A stretch of 64,000 nt of DNA, taken from Squalus acanthias. Lineage: Eukaryota. Below the pieces are notes generated by a model. The model saw only the letters and a list, made by a program, of their open reading frames with translations. It was not told the origin of the DNA and made no database searches. The stretch lies in the NCBI GenBank assembly GCA_030390025.1, contig CM059432.1:38752001-38816000 (forward strand), read 5' to 3'. This document shows positions 24,467 to 38,704 of the stretch, in pieces (positions within the stretch are counted from its first letter, which is position 1; every line of letters begins with the position of its first letter). The position numbers and the translations under genes were made by a program.

Positions 24467-24772
24467 CAGTGCCAGCATCAAGTGCTCCCAGGTTAAGTAT
24501 GGCATGGTTTGATGCAAAATAAAACACTCTAAACTGTCCCAAAATATACTTCAGAAGACCATCTCCTACTGCACCAATTTTCGGCACCCTAGCCATTGTG
24601 TTTGAGTGCGATACCCAAATGGGAATTTCCAATTCGCAGTGTTATATCAAGGGTAGTTTTCTACTATGAACCCATTCCGAAAACACAAAACTGCCTCCGA
24701 GATGGTACTAAATCATCAATTTCAATAGACTTACATAAGATCTTTACATCATCAACAGTCTAAGAAGATATT

Positions 24773-25516
24773 GGCTCGGATTTTGCGGTAAGAATAACGG
24801 TGAGGCTATCAGCACTCGCCATTATTATGGAGTAAATCGGACAGCAACATCTGGCGTCCACACATGCGCAGTTAAACGCGAAAAGCAGGAAGTTGATGTC
24901 CGATTTGCCCTGCTCCTCCAGAAGCTTCGCTACACCGGTATATTGCCGAGAGATTCGGCATTCAAACACGTGAAGTTGCGGTATTTAATCACTAGATACC
25001 CACTAAACACGCCAGAAAAAGTTAGGGCTTATCCATCCAAGTGTAAGTGAATTTTTAACAGCGTAATATGTCTCAATTACTATCAAACAACCTCTCTGGC
25101 ACTGAAAATTTACTTTTACAAGAATGGAGTCTCATTCCTTCAGATTTTAATTATTGTTGGAGATTTTTTTTTTAAATGAAAGATTAATTTTTCTTTTTAC
25201 TTTTCTTTCTGTCTCTTATGTCTCCCTTAAACCCATCTTTCTTTCCCTCTCTTTATTTTGCTTTCTGTACATGATTTTACATTGAATTAAATATTCTAAC
25301 TCTGGTTTAGACTCTGCATGCCTCAGTAAGGATTCTTTGATCTGATTGGTTGAAGAGACTAGCTGTTGCTTGCCCTATTTACACAGGTCCCAGATCCTTT
25401 GTAGAAGATGTTGTGCTGAAATGGATCTCTAATTAGCATAAGTTGCCTCGCTAAAAGTCTGTGGGCAGCTGTAAGCGTAATGAACAGCGAGTGCCGCTGA
25501 CTGCAAAATCCGGGCC
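24773..25516. mobile_element. Harbinger-like MITE
   Basis: TIRs ggctcggattttgcggt / actgcaaaatccgggcc; 3-bp TSD ATT. Confidence 0.8.
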
Positions 25517-27426
25517 ATTAATTCCATCTGTCTGGGCTGTATTTGAACCAGGTCCCAGAGGTAAAGGACCAGTGTCCAACCCACTGTAGCACCCAGTTAA
25601 ACCGCAAATTTTGTTTCTGAATTCATTAAACATTAAGAAAACAACACTGCTTTAGTAAATATACATAAAAATGCAATGTAATGTCAGCATCAAAGACGAC
25701 AGGGAAGTCCGTCTCAATTTGCCAAGTTATTGAGAAGAATCGAGTCTCTATAAAGGAGACCAAAAATGCAGATCACAAAAGGTCAAAGTACCCCTCCCCA
25801 TTTTCCAGAGCAGTATTTAATTTTAAAATCCACATTTAAACTATACAGCCTTCAACTGATGTCTAAAGGAAGCTGATGGCTACAGTAAATTAAAAGCTGT
25901 AGCGCCAATGTGGCAGAGTAAGCAAAATCAACGAATGAGGAACAAAATGCTCACCTCTGGAGACTGGGTTTACATTGTGGTATGTTTCTGAGAGAGAGGC
26001 AGGAATTATCCTTCATACTGTATTCTTGCCTAATTTGGCTCTTTTAGCAGTAATTGTATTTTTAGAGTACTTATCACCAGTTTGCATTGTCTGTACCGAA
26101 TTAAACACAGCTGTAATACACTTGTGCAAACATCAATTATTAGGCATCGCCTGAACTAAAATAAGCCAAATTGGAATTCCCTACTGTTATTGTGCCCTTT
26201 AACTCTTCTTTCAAGAGAGTGTAATACCTCCTACAATGTCAGACTAACCATTAATTACAAATCTCCCATATATACTTTCCTACAAATTTTTGCAACTGTG
26301 ATTTGTATAATTATAGCAATTAACATACATACATGCCGAGTAATTCTAAGATTTCAAAACTAGCCCATATTTTAAAAAAATATTCACATTTATATCAGAG
26401 TTGGTCTAACCCTTAGTGTTATGACCGAGTCTGCTGAGGAGTTCACCTGTCCACCAAAATTCCTTCCAGTTTTTGATATATTTGACGGGTCACACTGATC
26501 TGGATGTGCTTCCGACCATGTCTATAGTCAGTACCAGGCTTTTCGATGGCAGGAAGTGGGTAAAGATGGTCACTGGAGCTAGAGTTTAGTCTATAAAAGC
26601 CTATTTCCTTTGGCAGTAAGCAAAGAAGCAGAAAAAGGCTTTAAAGTTAGATTTTAGGAAAATGTACAGAAAGACAGATTTAATAAGAAAAAAAGGAAAT
26701 TAAAGTTTTAAAAATTAAAATTTGAATTGAAGGGTTTAGTTTAGTTATAAAACTACTCCTGATATTTCTGTAGCTTGGTGTTTATTTTAGCATCACTGCA
26801 TGATGCGAACATTTAAGAAACCAACTGGGAGACAATTAAAGGTCCAAGGGCTAAAAGGACAGTAGCAAATATAAATTAAAAATTGCACTTTTTAATTCAA
26901 AGGTAATGCTTCATTATCCTTCCTTTCTACACACCAACTGTGGCAGAGGACAGGCAGTCACCAGGCCCCTCAGTCCTACTCTGGACCAACTGATTGGAAA
27001 TCAACAAGAGTGGCCCAATGATGACTTGTCCGGTGATTTTCCCACTTTCCCTGTGGCAGGGTGCACGTCCCCATAGCGGAGATAAGAAACTCTGTAGTTT
27101 TGAATTCCAGACATGAACTTGGGTCTCTACTCCATGACACCTCACATTGTGGCTGCAACATACTAGGTCTCTGCCGAGCTACTTTTGTTTAGTGGCACAA
27201 AGCACGCTGTACCGATTATTAAAGGAACAGAGTTCTTGAAGAACCCAGTTTGTTCCATTCAGTTTTTGTGCAAAAGCGAGTCAAGAAAAGCTCTGTAAAT
27301 ATAGATTACAAAATGTAAACCTATAGAGCTGTTCAATGGAAAAGTGTTCATCACTGATAATAGTTTAGCAAGTCATCTTAAGTAGGCTGACGACAGACAC
27401 TAAAACAATTTAATATTCTTTAATTT

Positions 27427-30400
27427 AGAGGAAGTAAAGGGAGTAAGTTAAGGTTAGGACATGACTGGGCAGCTGGGCAGCGTGGAGTGCTCCTCCTCTG
27501 CTATGTGGGAAGTCAGGGACACTTTCGGTGTCCAGGGCGAACACATGTGCAGGAAGTGTCTCCAGCTGCAGCTACTCGAAATCCGCGTTTCGGAGCTGGA
27601 GCTGCGGCTGGAGTCACTGTGGAGCATCCGCGAAGCTGAGATCTTCGTGGATAGCACGTTTAACGAGGTGGTCACACCGCAGGTAAAGAGTGCACAAACA
27701 GACAGGAAATGGGTGACTGCCAGACAGAGTAGAAGAACTAGGAAGGTAGTGCAGGAGTCCCCTGGGTCCATCTCCCCCTCCAACAGATTTTCCGTTTTGG
27801 ATACTGCTGGGGGAGATGGTTTCTCAGGGGAATGCAGCAAGAGCCAAGTCCTTGGCACTAAGAGTGGCTCAGCTGCACAGGAGGGGAGGAAAAAGAGTGG
27901 GAGAGCAATAGTGATAGGGGCTTCTATCGTAAGGGGAACAGATAGACGTTTCTGCGGCCGCAGACGTGACTCCAGGATGGTATGTTGCCTCCCTGGTGCC
28001 AGGGTCAAGGATGTCACTGAACGGCTGCAAGACACTGAGGGGGGAGGGCGAACAGTCAGAGGTCGCGGTTCACATTGGTACCAACGACATAAGTAGAAAG
28101 AGGGATGAGGTCCTGCAACAAGAATTTAGGGAGCTAGGTAGCAGATTAAAAAGCAGGACCTCAAAGGTTGTAATCTTACTCCCGGTGCCATGTGCTAGTG
28201 AGTATAGGAATAGGAGGATAGAGCAGATGAATGTGTGGCTAAAGAGTTGGTGCAGGAGGGAGGGCTTTAGTTTCCTGGATCACTGGGTCTGCTTCTGGGG
28301 AAGGTGGGATCTGTACAAGTCGGACGGGTTGCACCTGAACCGGAACGGGACCAACATCCTTGCGGGGAGGTTTCCTAGTACTGGGGGGGGGGGTTAAACT
28401 AACTTGGCAGGGGGATGGGATACAGAGTGGAGCTATAGTAGGGGGTGATGCACAGCCAAATATAGAGGGAAAAACAAGTCAGCCTGGAAGGCAGAGCAAA
28501 TATGTATTGGCACAAGGGAGTATGGCAATTGAAGGTGTTGATGAACACATGGGAGTATGATATTGTTGCTATCAGAGACATGGTTGAGGGAGGGGCAGGA
28601 CTGGCAGCTCAATATTCCGGGGTATAGAATCTTCAGGCGAGACAGAGGGGGGGTGTAAAAGAGGAGGGGGTGTCACAATATTAATCAAGGAGTCAATTAC
28701 TGCTGTAAGGAAGGATGATATCTTAGCAGGTTCCTCTAATGAGGCCATATGGGTAGAACTTAAAAACAAAAAGGGGGCAAGCACTTTGCTGGGAGTGTAC
28801 TATAGGCCCCCAAACAGTCAGGGGGAGATAGAGGAACAGATATGTAGGCAAATCTCAGAGAAGTGTAGAAATAATAGGGTAATAATCGTAGGGGATTTCA
28901 ACTTCCCCAATATTAACTGGGATAGTCAGAGTGTGAAAGGCTTAGAGGGTGCGGAATTCTTAAAGTGCATCCAGGAGAGCTTTTTGAGCCAGCATGTAGA
29001 AAGTCCTACAAGAGAGGAGGCGGTACTGGACCTAATTCTAGGGAATGTAGCCAGGCAAGTGGTAGAAGTGTCAGTAGGAGAGCATTTTGGTGACAGTGAC
29101 CATAATTCGGTGAGATTTAAGGTAGTCATGGAAAAGGACAAAGATGGAATAGAAATAAAGGTTCTAAATTGGGGGAAGGCCGATTTTAATATGATAAGGC
29201 AGGATCTGGCCAAAGTGGATTGGGATAAGCTACTTGTAGGAAAATCCACATCAGAGCAGTGGGAGTCTTTCAGAAAGGAAAGAGAGAGTACAACGCCAAC
29301 ATGTTCCCGTAAAGGTCAAGGGTGGGACCAACAAGCCCAGGGAACCCTGGATGTCAAGGGATATACAAGAATGGATTAGGAAAAAAAGGGAGGCTTTTGG
29401 CAGATACAAAGGACTAAAAACAGTGGAAGCCCGAGAGGAGTATAGAAAGTGCAGGGGGGTACTTAAAAAAGAAATTAGGAGAGCGAAGAGGGGGCATGAA
29501 AAAACACTGGCAGGCAAAATAAAGGAAAATCCCAAGGTGTTTTAGAAGTATATTAAAGGCAAGAGGATAACCAGTGAAAGAGTAGGGCCCATTAGGGACC
29601 AAAGTGGCAATCTGTGTGTAGAGCCGGAAGATGTGGGTGAGGTTTTAAATGAATATTTTGCATCTGTGTTCACTATGGTGAAGGACGATGTAGGCATAGA
29701 AATCAGGCAGGGGGATTGTGATATACTTGAACAAATTAGTATTGAGGGGGAGGAGGTACTAGCGGTTTTAGCGGGCTTAAAAGTGGATAAATCCCCAGGC
29801 CCAGACGAGATGTATCCCAGGCTGCTGTGTGAGGCAAGGGAGGAGATTGCAGGGGCTCTGACACAAATTTTCAGAACCTCTCTGGCCACAGGGGAGGTGC
29901 CAGAGGACTGGAGGACAGCTAACGTAGTACCATTATTCAAGAAGGGTAGTAGGGACAAACCAGGGAATTACAGGCCAGTGAGCCTAACATCAGTGGTAGG
30001 GAAATTATTGGAAAAAATTCTGAGGGACAGAATTAGTCTCCACTTGGAGAGGCAAGGATTAATCAAGGATAGTCAGCATGGTTTTGTCAGGGGGAGATCA
30101 TGTCTGACCAATTTGATTGAATTTTGAGAGGGGATGACTAGGTGTGTGGATGAGGGTAGTGCAGTTGATGTAGTCTACATGGACTTCAGTAAGGCTTTTG
30201 ACAAAGTCCCGCATGGGAGACTGGTCAAGAAGGTAAGAGCCCATGGGATCCAGGGCAATTTGGCACATTGGATTCAAAATTGGCTTAGTGGCAGGAGGCA
30301 GAGGGTGATGGTCGAAGGTTGTTTTTGTGACTGGGAGCCTGTGTCCAGTGGTGTACCGCAGGGATCGGTGCTGGATCCTTTGCTGTTTGTAGTGTACATT

Positions 30401-31336
30401 AATGATTTAGATATGAATGTAGGAGGTATGATCAGTAAGTTCGCAGATGACACGAAAATTGGTGGAGTGGTAAATAGCGAGGAGGGAAGCCTCAGGCTAC
30501 AGGACGATATAGACGGGTTGGTCAGATGGGCAGAACAGTGGCAAATGGAATTTAACCCTGAAAAGTGTGAGATGATGCATTTTGGGAGGACTAACAAGGC
30601 AAGGGAATACACAATGAATGGTAGGATCCTAGGGAGGACAGAGGAACCTTGGTGTGCATGTACATAGATCCCTGAAGGCAGCAGGACAGGTAGATAAGGT
30701 GGTTAAAAAGGCATATGGGATACTTGCCTTCATTAGCCGAGGCATAGAATATAAGAGCAGGGAGGTTATGATGGAGCTGTACAAAACGTTAGTTAGGCCA
30801 CAGCTGGAATACTGTGTGCAGTTCTGGTCGCCACACTATAGGATGTGATTGCATTGGAGAGCGAGCAGAGGAGATTCACCAGGATGTTACCTGGGCTGGA
30901 GCGCTTCAGCTATGAAGAGACTGGACAGGCTGGGGTTGTTTCCCTTAGAGCAGAGAAGGCTGAGGGGGGACCTGATTGAGGTGTACAAAATTATGAGGGG
31001 CGTAGATAGAAAGGAACTTTTCCCCTTAGTAGAGGGGTCAATAACCAGGGGGCATAGTTTCAAGGTAAGGGGCAGGAGGTTTAGAGGGGATCTGAGGAAA
31101 AAACTTTTTCACCCAGAGGGTGGTTGGAATCTGGAACTCACTGCCTGAAAGGGTGGTAGAGGCAGGAACCCTCACAACATTCAAGAAGCATTTTGATGAG
31201 CACTTGAAACGCCATAGCATACAAGGCTACGGACCAAGTGCTGGAAAATGGGATTAGAATAGATAGGGCTTGATGGCCGGCACGGACACGATGGGCCGAA
31301 GGGCCTCTTTCTGTGCTGTATAAATCTATGACTCTA
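27427..31336 (+). mobile_element. Near full-length CR1 LINE (ORF1 zinc finger/zipper + SGNH esterase; ORF2 APE + RT), frameshifted
   Basis: ORF1 from 27461: C..RKC, IVIGASIVR, VHIGTND, DGLHLN; ORF2: YYRPP, GDFNFP, SDHN, FADD; ctatgact tail; possible TSD TAATTT. Confidence 0.95.
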
Positions 31337-31429
31337 TAATTTTGGTCGTATTAACCTGTAGTTACCTTCTCCTTAATAACTAAAAACCTAGGAATAGAAG
31401 TGTTTCAAAGTGTATACAAATACACAAAC

Positions 31430-31514
31430 CTTTAGCGTATGTGTCCCAATGTAATGGTGAGGAATCGGTGCTGTTGATTGTCTCTTCATATTCACACTCA
31501 CATTCAGAAAAGGT
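31430..31514 (-). CDS. PTDSS1: PTDSS1 exon 12 equivalent
   Basis: TFSECECEYEETINSTDSSPLHWDTYAK(G), compare human TYSECEDG..; 85 nt, phase 0 to 1; ag/gt boundaries. Confidence 0.85.
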
Positions 31515-33147
31515 CTTAAACACAGAAAACATTGAGCAGTGAAATCAGTATAACGCAGCCATGCTCAGTAATGGTAAAGCAAGATTAACGGTCAATATTT
31601 TGCATATACATGTATTAAAACTTTGGTTGAACAGTCAGCTCCAGAGTGCAGTTACACAGAATTTACAGTACAGAAACAGGCCATTTGACCCAATTGGTCT
31701 TTGCCTCTTTATGCTCCACAAGAGTCTCTTCCCACCCTACTTTAACTAACACTATTAGCATATCAAAAAACAGTTAAGAGTTGAAGTGAAACACCATTGT
31801 ATTTACAATAGCACTGGCCAAACTGTAAATTACTTTTTCTCTAACTCCTCTCTTGTAGGCTGTGATGGATTCTGCTATAAAAGGTTCCATGGGTGCAAAC
31901 AGGCCTTTTGCACCTCACTCAAATAGTAATTAGTCACATGAGCTCCAACAGCTACGGCTAGTTTTCCCTCTTTTGGCGTAACTTACGCCAGAATGGCTAC
32001 TGACAGATTTTAGACAGACTCAAATGGAAGTGGGTTGTTCACATCCGGTTTTTCTGTCAGCTCATTAAACATAACTTCAGGTGCAAACTTGGATGGATCT
32101 AAAGAGCAGAATAGTGGTGGAAGAGAACGGCTGAGGAAGCATACAACACTACAGTTAGTTAGATAGTCACATATCTTGGTGGAGGTCCGCAGGCACATCT
32201 TTCTCTGGGAGAAGGAGCCTACGCCAGCAATACATCAGACAAAGCAAGGTCATTTCATCTTTGTCGATAGATGTGGGTGCAAAGGTACTGGCAGCTGGGC
32301 ACAGAACATCTCTTGTGCAGCCTGACATCAGTCCTTCTCTTCAAGATATGTCAGTTAAGGGGGAGGGGGGATTCCCACCGGGATATCCAGTGGTGCCTGC
32401 TGTCCCGGGGAATGGGGGGGGGAGGGGATAATTTATATCAATTGGCATAAAGATTTATTACAATCTAAATGCCAAGAGGAAAAAAATATTAAAGATTAAT
32501 GGTCGAGTGATGCCAAAAATACATTTACCTTTATACTGCTGTGTCTTTTCCATTGCCTCCTGATTGCTTACTAGCCACCCTGAATGCCTATTCAGTATGA
32601 ACGTGCTTCTCATTAGACATCCTGCAAACCAGTGCAGTAGAGACTGGCATGCAAGCCTGACACACCTTCATTTTAATATTAAAGTGAAGCACCTCTGAGG
32701 CAGGCGCTTCCAATGCGACTGGTACTGCCGACCATAAAAATGAGTGAGGACGCAAACCCATTTCTGGTGGGGAGGAACTTCGCTTGATATTTCCAACCTT
32801 CTCCGGTGTTGCCAGAAAAGGCAGCGGAAAATATTACTTCTGGTGTTGGCAGGCTATTTGTGCATGCCAAGAATCACAGCCGAGGAGCGGAAACCTGTTG
32901 GTTTTCCCCTTCCTAGCCCAGGAACACGAAGGCAAACTGGAACCCTCCTGCTGCTGGCCTGGCAGCGATCAAAAATCAAACCAGGGGTTGAACCGGAGAT
33001 CTTGCTCATTTCTATGGTTATGTACGACACCCTAAATCTAAATAACCTTAATGCATATAAAGTTCATCAGATGCAACTTCCCTGTATGCAAAACAAAAAA
33101 CTGCTCATAAGCACGAAGAGGAGTGAACGTCCTGTTCAAAAACGTAC

Positions 33148-33216
33148 CTTTTCACGTTGCCCAGAATGTTCAGCGTACCATACCATTCCAGAAAGACAAA
33201 GGAAGGTAATGAAAGC
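33148..33216 (-). CDS. PTDSS1: PTDSS1 exon 11 equivalent
   Basis: [23 protein letters not shown]; 69 nt; ag/gt. Confidence 0.95.
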
Positions 33217-34971
33217 CTGAAATGAACAAAAAGCCTAATTAGATAGTCTATACTCCCTTTTCAGGCTCCAAATCACACACAACTTCACAAAAATAGGCAG
33301 TTACCATCTAATATGTTTTCATTTATTTTTGACATTTTACAAAACCGATGCAGGACCACAAAACAATAGTATTCCTGCTGCTGGCCTGGAGGTGAGCAAA
33401 CTCAGAAAAGACCACGTATCTTTCTCATCTCTGGTTATGTACAGCACTGCTTAGAGGTTTTTTTAAAACTCCCCCCATCCCCCCCTCACCTTTAAAATAT
33501 AATATAAAACTTGATTTGTGAATACATTATTCTGGTCTATACACACTATGAAAATGATATAATAATCAAATCACCCAATTTGTTCAGAGACTTATCAGCA
33601 ACAAAATGATGCTTAGTGAAACAAACAAAAAATGCTGGAAATACACCGCACTTCATTCAGTGTCTGTGCAGAGAAAACAGGCTGGGAAGGGACCTGCCCG
33701 AAACTGTGACTAGCCTTTCCTCTCCATGGTTGCTCATGGACCTACTGTGCAGATACAGAATTTTCTGCTTTTGTTTCAGATTTCCAGCATTTGGAGTTTT
33801 TTTGCTTTTTATTTATATGCTTAGTGAACTCTGCAAATATTTTCCTTTGCAAGAACAAAACAACACGCTTTTAATATGTTGGCCCTTAAAGTTGAGCACT
33901 TTAAGCTTAAAATCCTCTGGGTCCAATTGATTAATTTAAAAAATGATGGTATCAAGTAAAATATTTAAGGCCACATTGCATTTTTCTTAATGTTATTGTC
34001 ACATTTATGAGTGAATGCTAGATATTCTACTTGGGTTCATCATCACCACATCCACGCCAGTAAGCAGACCTTGTGTCCCCTAGGACCTGGAGTGTACCTT
34101 TACTGATCAAATATCTAGGTAAGCGACAGCAAGACCCAGGGATCGAATAGGGAACCCTTTCCACTGTACAGTGGCTTCCGGGAATGTACCATGTGTCACC
34201 ATGTGATTCTCTTGGTCTTCGTAAGCAGATTGAATCGGTACGGTGGTAGGTTAAAATTAAAAAAATTATAAACCAGACCCCAAGCTGCCTCGAACGTGCC
34301 CACTTCTGGGTTGGGGGGGGGGGGGGGGGTGCTGGTGGGGGTGTTGGCGGGCGACTAACCTGCTCTCAAGAGGCGGGGCAGTTATTTAAATACGCCAATG
34401 AGGCTGCCGGCCTCAAATTTCAACAGACTTCTAGATTTAACGGCTGCGGGCCAGGTTTCCCAGGACTCAGGAAACCAGACAGCTGAGGGGAGGTGAGAGC
34501 AGCTGGATTCAGCGGGTAAGTGCCTTTCCAGCACTGCTTGTGGGCCAGGAAGAGTAGCAGGGCTTCACCCCAGCCCCACAAGCAAATCTGCTCCCTACCC
34601 CGTGATCTCCACTCCCCCCCCCACGATCTCTTTACACCCCACTCCAGTGATCTCTCCCACCCTCCTCTCTGCTCTGCTCCCCGGCTGTGGCCTCCCAGCA
34701 CAGGCCTTCCCGCCCGACAGCCAGCCACCCTCTCAATCTGACTGGCTGCCAGCTGGGAAACGGGGAAAGAAATTATTTAATGATGTCCTGCTATTAAATT
34801 CGGCAGGACCTTCACGTGAGCCGCATTTCACCGCCGCTACGACCCCCCCACCCCCACCGTAAATATCAAGGCCTTAGTTACCAATCCAGGCTCAAGGTAG
34901 AATATAGGTCCTTGCTGGAACCTGCTATTAATGTGGAATTTACCAGAACAATAAGCAATGAACTTTCTTAC

Positions 34972-35071
34972 CATGCAAATAAGCCAAAGGATGATGTACG
35001 GTACCACAGTTTTGGAGAACAAATCTTGACCAGACTTGATGCACACTATTGCTTCCAGAAAGGAAATGGCA
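34972..35071 (-). CDS. PTDSS1: PTDSS1 exon 10 equivalent
   Basis: [33 protein letters not shown]; 100 nt; ag/gt. Confidence 0.95.
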
Positions 35072-36164
35072 CTGTTAACATTTAAAAAAAAAGTTAGACA
35101 GATCCCGTCAATTCAGTCTAAGTCACAACCAGGTCCACAGTCTAATGTTTTGGGGATTAATTTAGTTTTCTGGGCGTCACAAAATGCATTTAATAAAAAT
35201 AAATTATTTCAAGCTCTAAAAATAGTTTGATATAATAAATTTCATGTAGTGTTGTTTATGGTGAGTCAGAAATGAGACTTGCAATGGGGTGTGGGAGTAC
35301 TTGGGTGGGCTTGGAGCGGGGAACTACATGAGAAGGTCAAGGTTTGGGAGGATTGGAGGTTAGGGGAACTGGTATGTGGGAGATTTATTTACATTATATA
35401 CAAGTCCTGATGTCGTGAATAGTGTAAACACAATTGGTTGCACAAGAAAACTGGGAGCAAGCTGATGAGAAGGCTGAAATTGCAGTTGGCTGGCTGTAGT
35501 GTCGGGAAAGCCCCTAAAAGCAAGGGAAGACTGGGACAGAGGCCTAGGTTGTGCATGGTGGAGATGAACGACTAGGAATGGTCAGCAGACAACAGCAGGA
35601 TGGGCACCTCTGGAAGGAAGGGCCAGTGCTGGCCCTGGTCAGTAATCAATCCCGAGAGAAGATGCCACAGTTGAAGCACTTAACACCTCAAACATTTTCA
35701 CCTCTTCAGACGTATCAGCAGCAGGAGCTGGTGCCTGGGGTGCAAGTACAACTAAGCTGATGCCAAGTTGCGTCCTATAACCCCACTTGCCTCTGCCTTA
35801 TTTGCCCCCAGCAATACCAGCTTTACCCATCATCAGCAGCAGCTCGTTTCGTGACAGTTGAATATTTGAGCAAATCAGCATATTAATTGAACAGATAGTG
35901 GTTATTTAAGTCAGTCAATCAGAACAACACTACATATGCATTTAAGCTGTGACTGATATAGATGAAAGTAATAAGCACTAGATACAAAACTTAATTATAT
36001 AGATAGATGGATAGATTTGGAAGTAAACACAGGCATACACGTACATTGCACAAAGCTTATTTACGGTTTTGGTATCGAGCTTCAATGAAAAACTTCACTT
36101 CAGCTAATATCCTTCAGCACTGTGCCAGTACACTGCTTGTGTGATGCTCATCAACTCCCATCAA

Positions 36165-36960
36165 AAAGAAAACGAACGACTTGCATTTATATAGCGCTTT
36201 TCATGACCTCACGACATCCCAATGAGCTTTACAGCCAATGAAGTACTTCTTAAGTGTACTCACTGTAATGTAGGAAAGGCAGTAGCCTATTTGCACAGGA
36301 AATACAGAAGCCTATTTGCACACAGCAAGGTCACACAAACAGCAGTGTGATAATGACCAGCTGTTCTGTTTTAGTTATGTTGGTTGAGAGATAAATACTG
36401 GCCAGGACACTGGGGAGAAGTTGCCTGCTCTTTTTCAAAATAGTGCCATGGGATTGTTTACGGGCACTTGAGAGGGAAGATAGGGTCTCGGTTTCACAGA
36501 ATCACAGAATCCCCACAGTGCAGATAGAGGCCATTTCGGCCCATCGAGCCTGCACCGACACATATCCCACCCTATCCCCATAACCCCACATATTTAATCC
36601 CCCTAACACTAAGGGTCAATTTATCATAGCCAAATCAACCTAACCCGCACATCTTTGGACTGTGGGAGGAAACCGGAGCACCCGGGAGGAAACCCACGCA
36701 GACACGGGGAGAATGTGCAAACTCCACACAGACAGTCACCCGAGGCCGGATTCGAACCCGGGTCCCTGGCGCTGTGAGGCAACAGTGCTAACCACTATGC
36801 CACCGTGTTGGTTTAAAGTCTTATCTGATAGACGGCACCTCAGACAGTGCAACACTCCCTCAGTACTTCACTGGAGTGTCAGCCTAGATTTTGTGCTCAT
36901 GTCTCTGGAGTCGGACTTGGACCGACAACCTTGTGACTTGGAGGGGAGAGTGCTGCCATT
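36165..36960 (-). mobile_element. Deu-domain SINE (SacSINE1-like) with L2-type tail, interrupted by an HE1 SINE
   Basis: Deu-like core (atcccatggcactattt on minus); 3' end resembles the L2 terminus at ~4505-4560. Confidence 0.75.
36495..36809 (-). mobile_element. HE1-like V-SINE
   Basis: tRNA-like head with B box ggttcgaatcc; V-domain gtggagtttgcacattctccccgtgtctgcgtgggtttcctc; (gattctgt)n tail; TSD GGTTT. Confidence 0.88.
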
Positions 36961-37837
36961 GCCGACACATCAAAGTCATAAATCTCTAACTAGTAGTACA
37001 TCATTCTGTGTTACATTACTCAAACACACTATATAACACAATGGAAGCACAAAACTTGTTGTCTAATTGTACCGCTGAATGTTTTTCACTTTCAGGTGAA
37101 CAAAGTGCAAAAATTGGGCTTTACTAAAATCCTAGTGATAAGACTGTTATGGAAATTCATGAAGAACAGACTGGAATCCTCAGGAATATTTGTGGCAGAG
37201 ACACAACTTGCTTTGGCTATTGACAACATGGTGCAATTTGAAGGAGCACTTTCCTCGTAAAACTGGGCTTGACAAAGTTTTTTTTTGGGGTGGGGGTGGG
37301 GGGGGGGGGGGAGAAGAGCCAAAAGGACTTCAGCTCAAATATCTAGAAGTTGATACCAATGTTGTAAAATCTGATGTCCTTAGAACACAAGAACAATTAT
37401 GGACAAGAAAAGCCCAGTCTCCTTAATACTCGAACTCCCATCACTGCGTCCAACTGGATGTTGAACATCTCTAAGATTTTGCCTCTATTACCCCTGCTTC
37501 AGTAAAAAAAAATCTTCCTGATACATTTGCTTTAATCTAGGATTACATTAACTATACCTTTTAATATATCCCCTATAATTCAAGTTCTACGAAGTTGAGT
37601 GAAATGTAGTTAGATGCAATGGATGATGTACTCAACAGCTGCAATAACTGTAATCATTTCACAGGTTAATTATGCCAGAACATTTTTAGCTTTTAAATAA
37701 AATATATCAATGACAAAACTATCAGCTATTGTACAGTTTCACTACATTACTACTTATAAAATTCTTCTTCTCCCTCTCCAGACCATGCACGTCTTAGAAA
37801 AATCAAGTCAATGTTTCAACATAACAAATTCAATCAA

Positions 37838-37851
37838 CCAGCAGAGGGCAC
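37838..37851 (+). promoter_or_regulatory. CTCF consensus motif
   Basis: CCAGCAGAGGGCAC matches CCASYAGRKGGCRS; in apparently non-repeat intron sequence. Confidence 0.55.
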
Positions 37852-38180
37852 TCAAACCCTATTAGATGGGCTAATCTTTAATTCTTGATCTCCACATTTC
37901 TACATTTTTGGTCTGGTTTCCACCAGGTCCACACCTACTCTTGATCTCTCAAATAGCATGACAGATAAGTAGTAGGCTTCTGAGAAAGAGCCGAGAGAAC
38001 ATCTGCTCCCTTTTGTCCCCATCAGCTAGATGAATTGGACTGGGCCAGGAATTCAAGGCAAAGACTATATAGCTGATTAGGAGGAACATCTGGTTTTACT
38101 TTTAGCCAGTTATTGACACAAAACATCTGGGATGAAGTGTTAAATAAAATTTAAAAAGTTATAAGAAATAAACACACTTA

Positions 38181-38447
<267 letters not shown>

Positions 38448-38704
38448 TCAACAGCTGCTCTGCCAGAATATTCAGTATAACATTAAACTAAAAATAATGT
38501 CCTTCCAACTTTGGTGATGGGGTTGAATATGGGGTTTGGAGCTCCGCTCTGGGTTAAACAGGTTACCATGTGGTTCCAGCGAGCAACTGGGAATAGGGAT
38601 GGAAATGGAGACCAGTGTTCAGTTGGGCAAAGTTCTAGTTCATCTACAACTTGATGTCGTAAAAGCAATACAGCAACATGGAGGAGTTAGAGAGTAAAGA
38701 GTGA

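Noticed and set aside
25955..26030. Exon candidate with donor gtgagc
   Set aside because: Weak acceptor, in-phase stops; the real exon 12 was found at 31430-31514
26417..27139. Possible solo LTR (tgttatga...catgaca)
   Set aside because: Flanks are not duplicated; left uncalled
36740..36805. tRNA gene
   Set aside because: It is the tRNA-derived head of an HE1 SINE (same for ~48893-48950)
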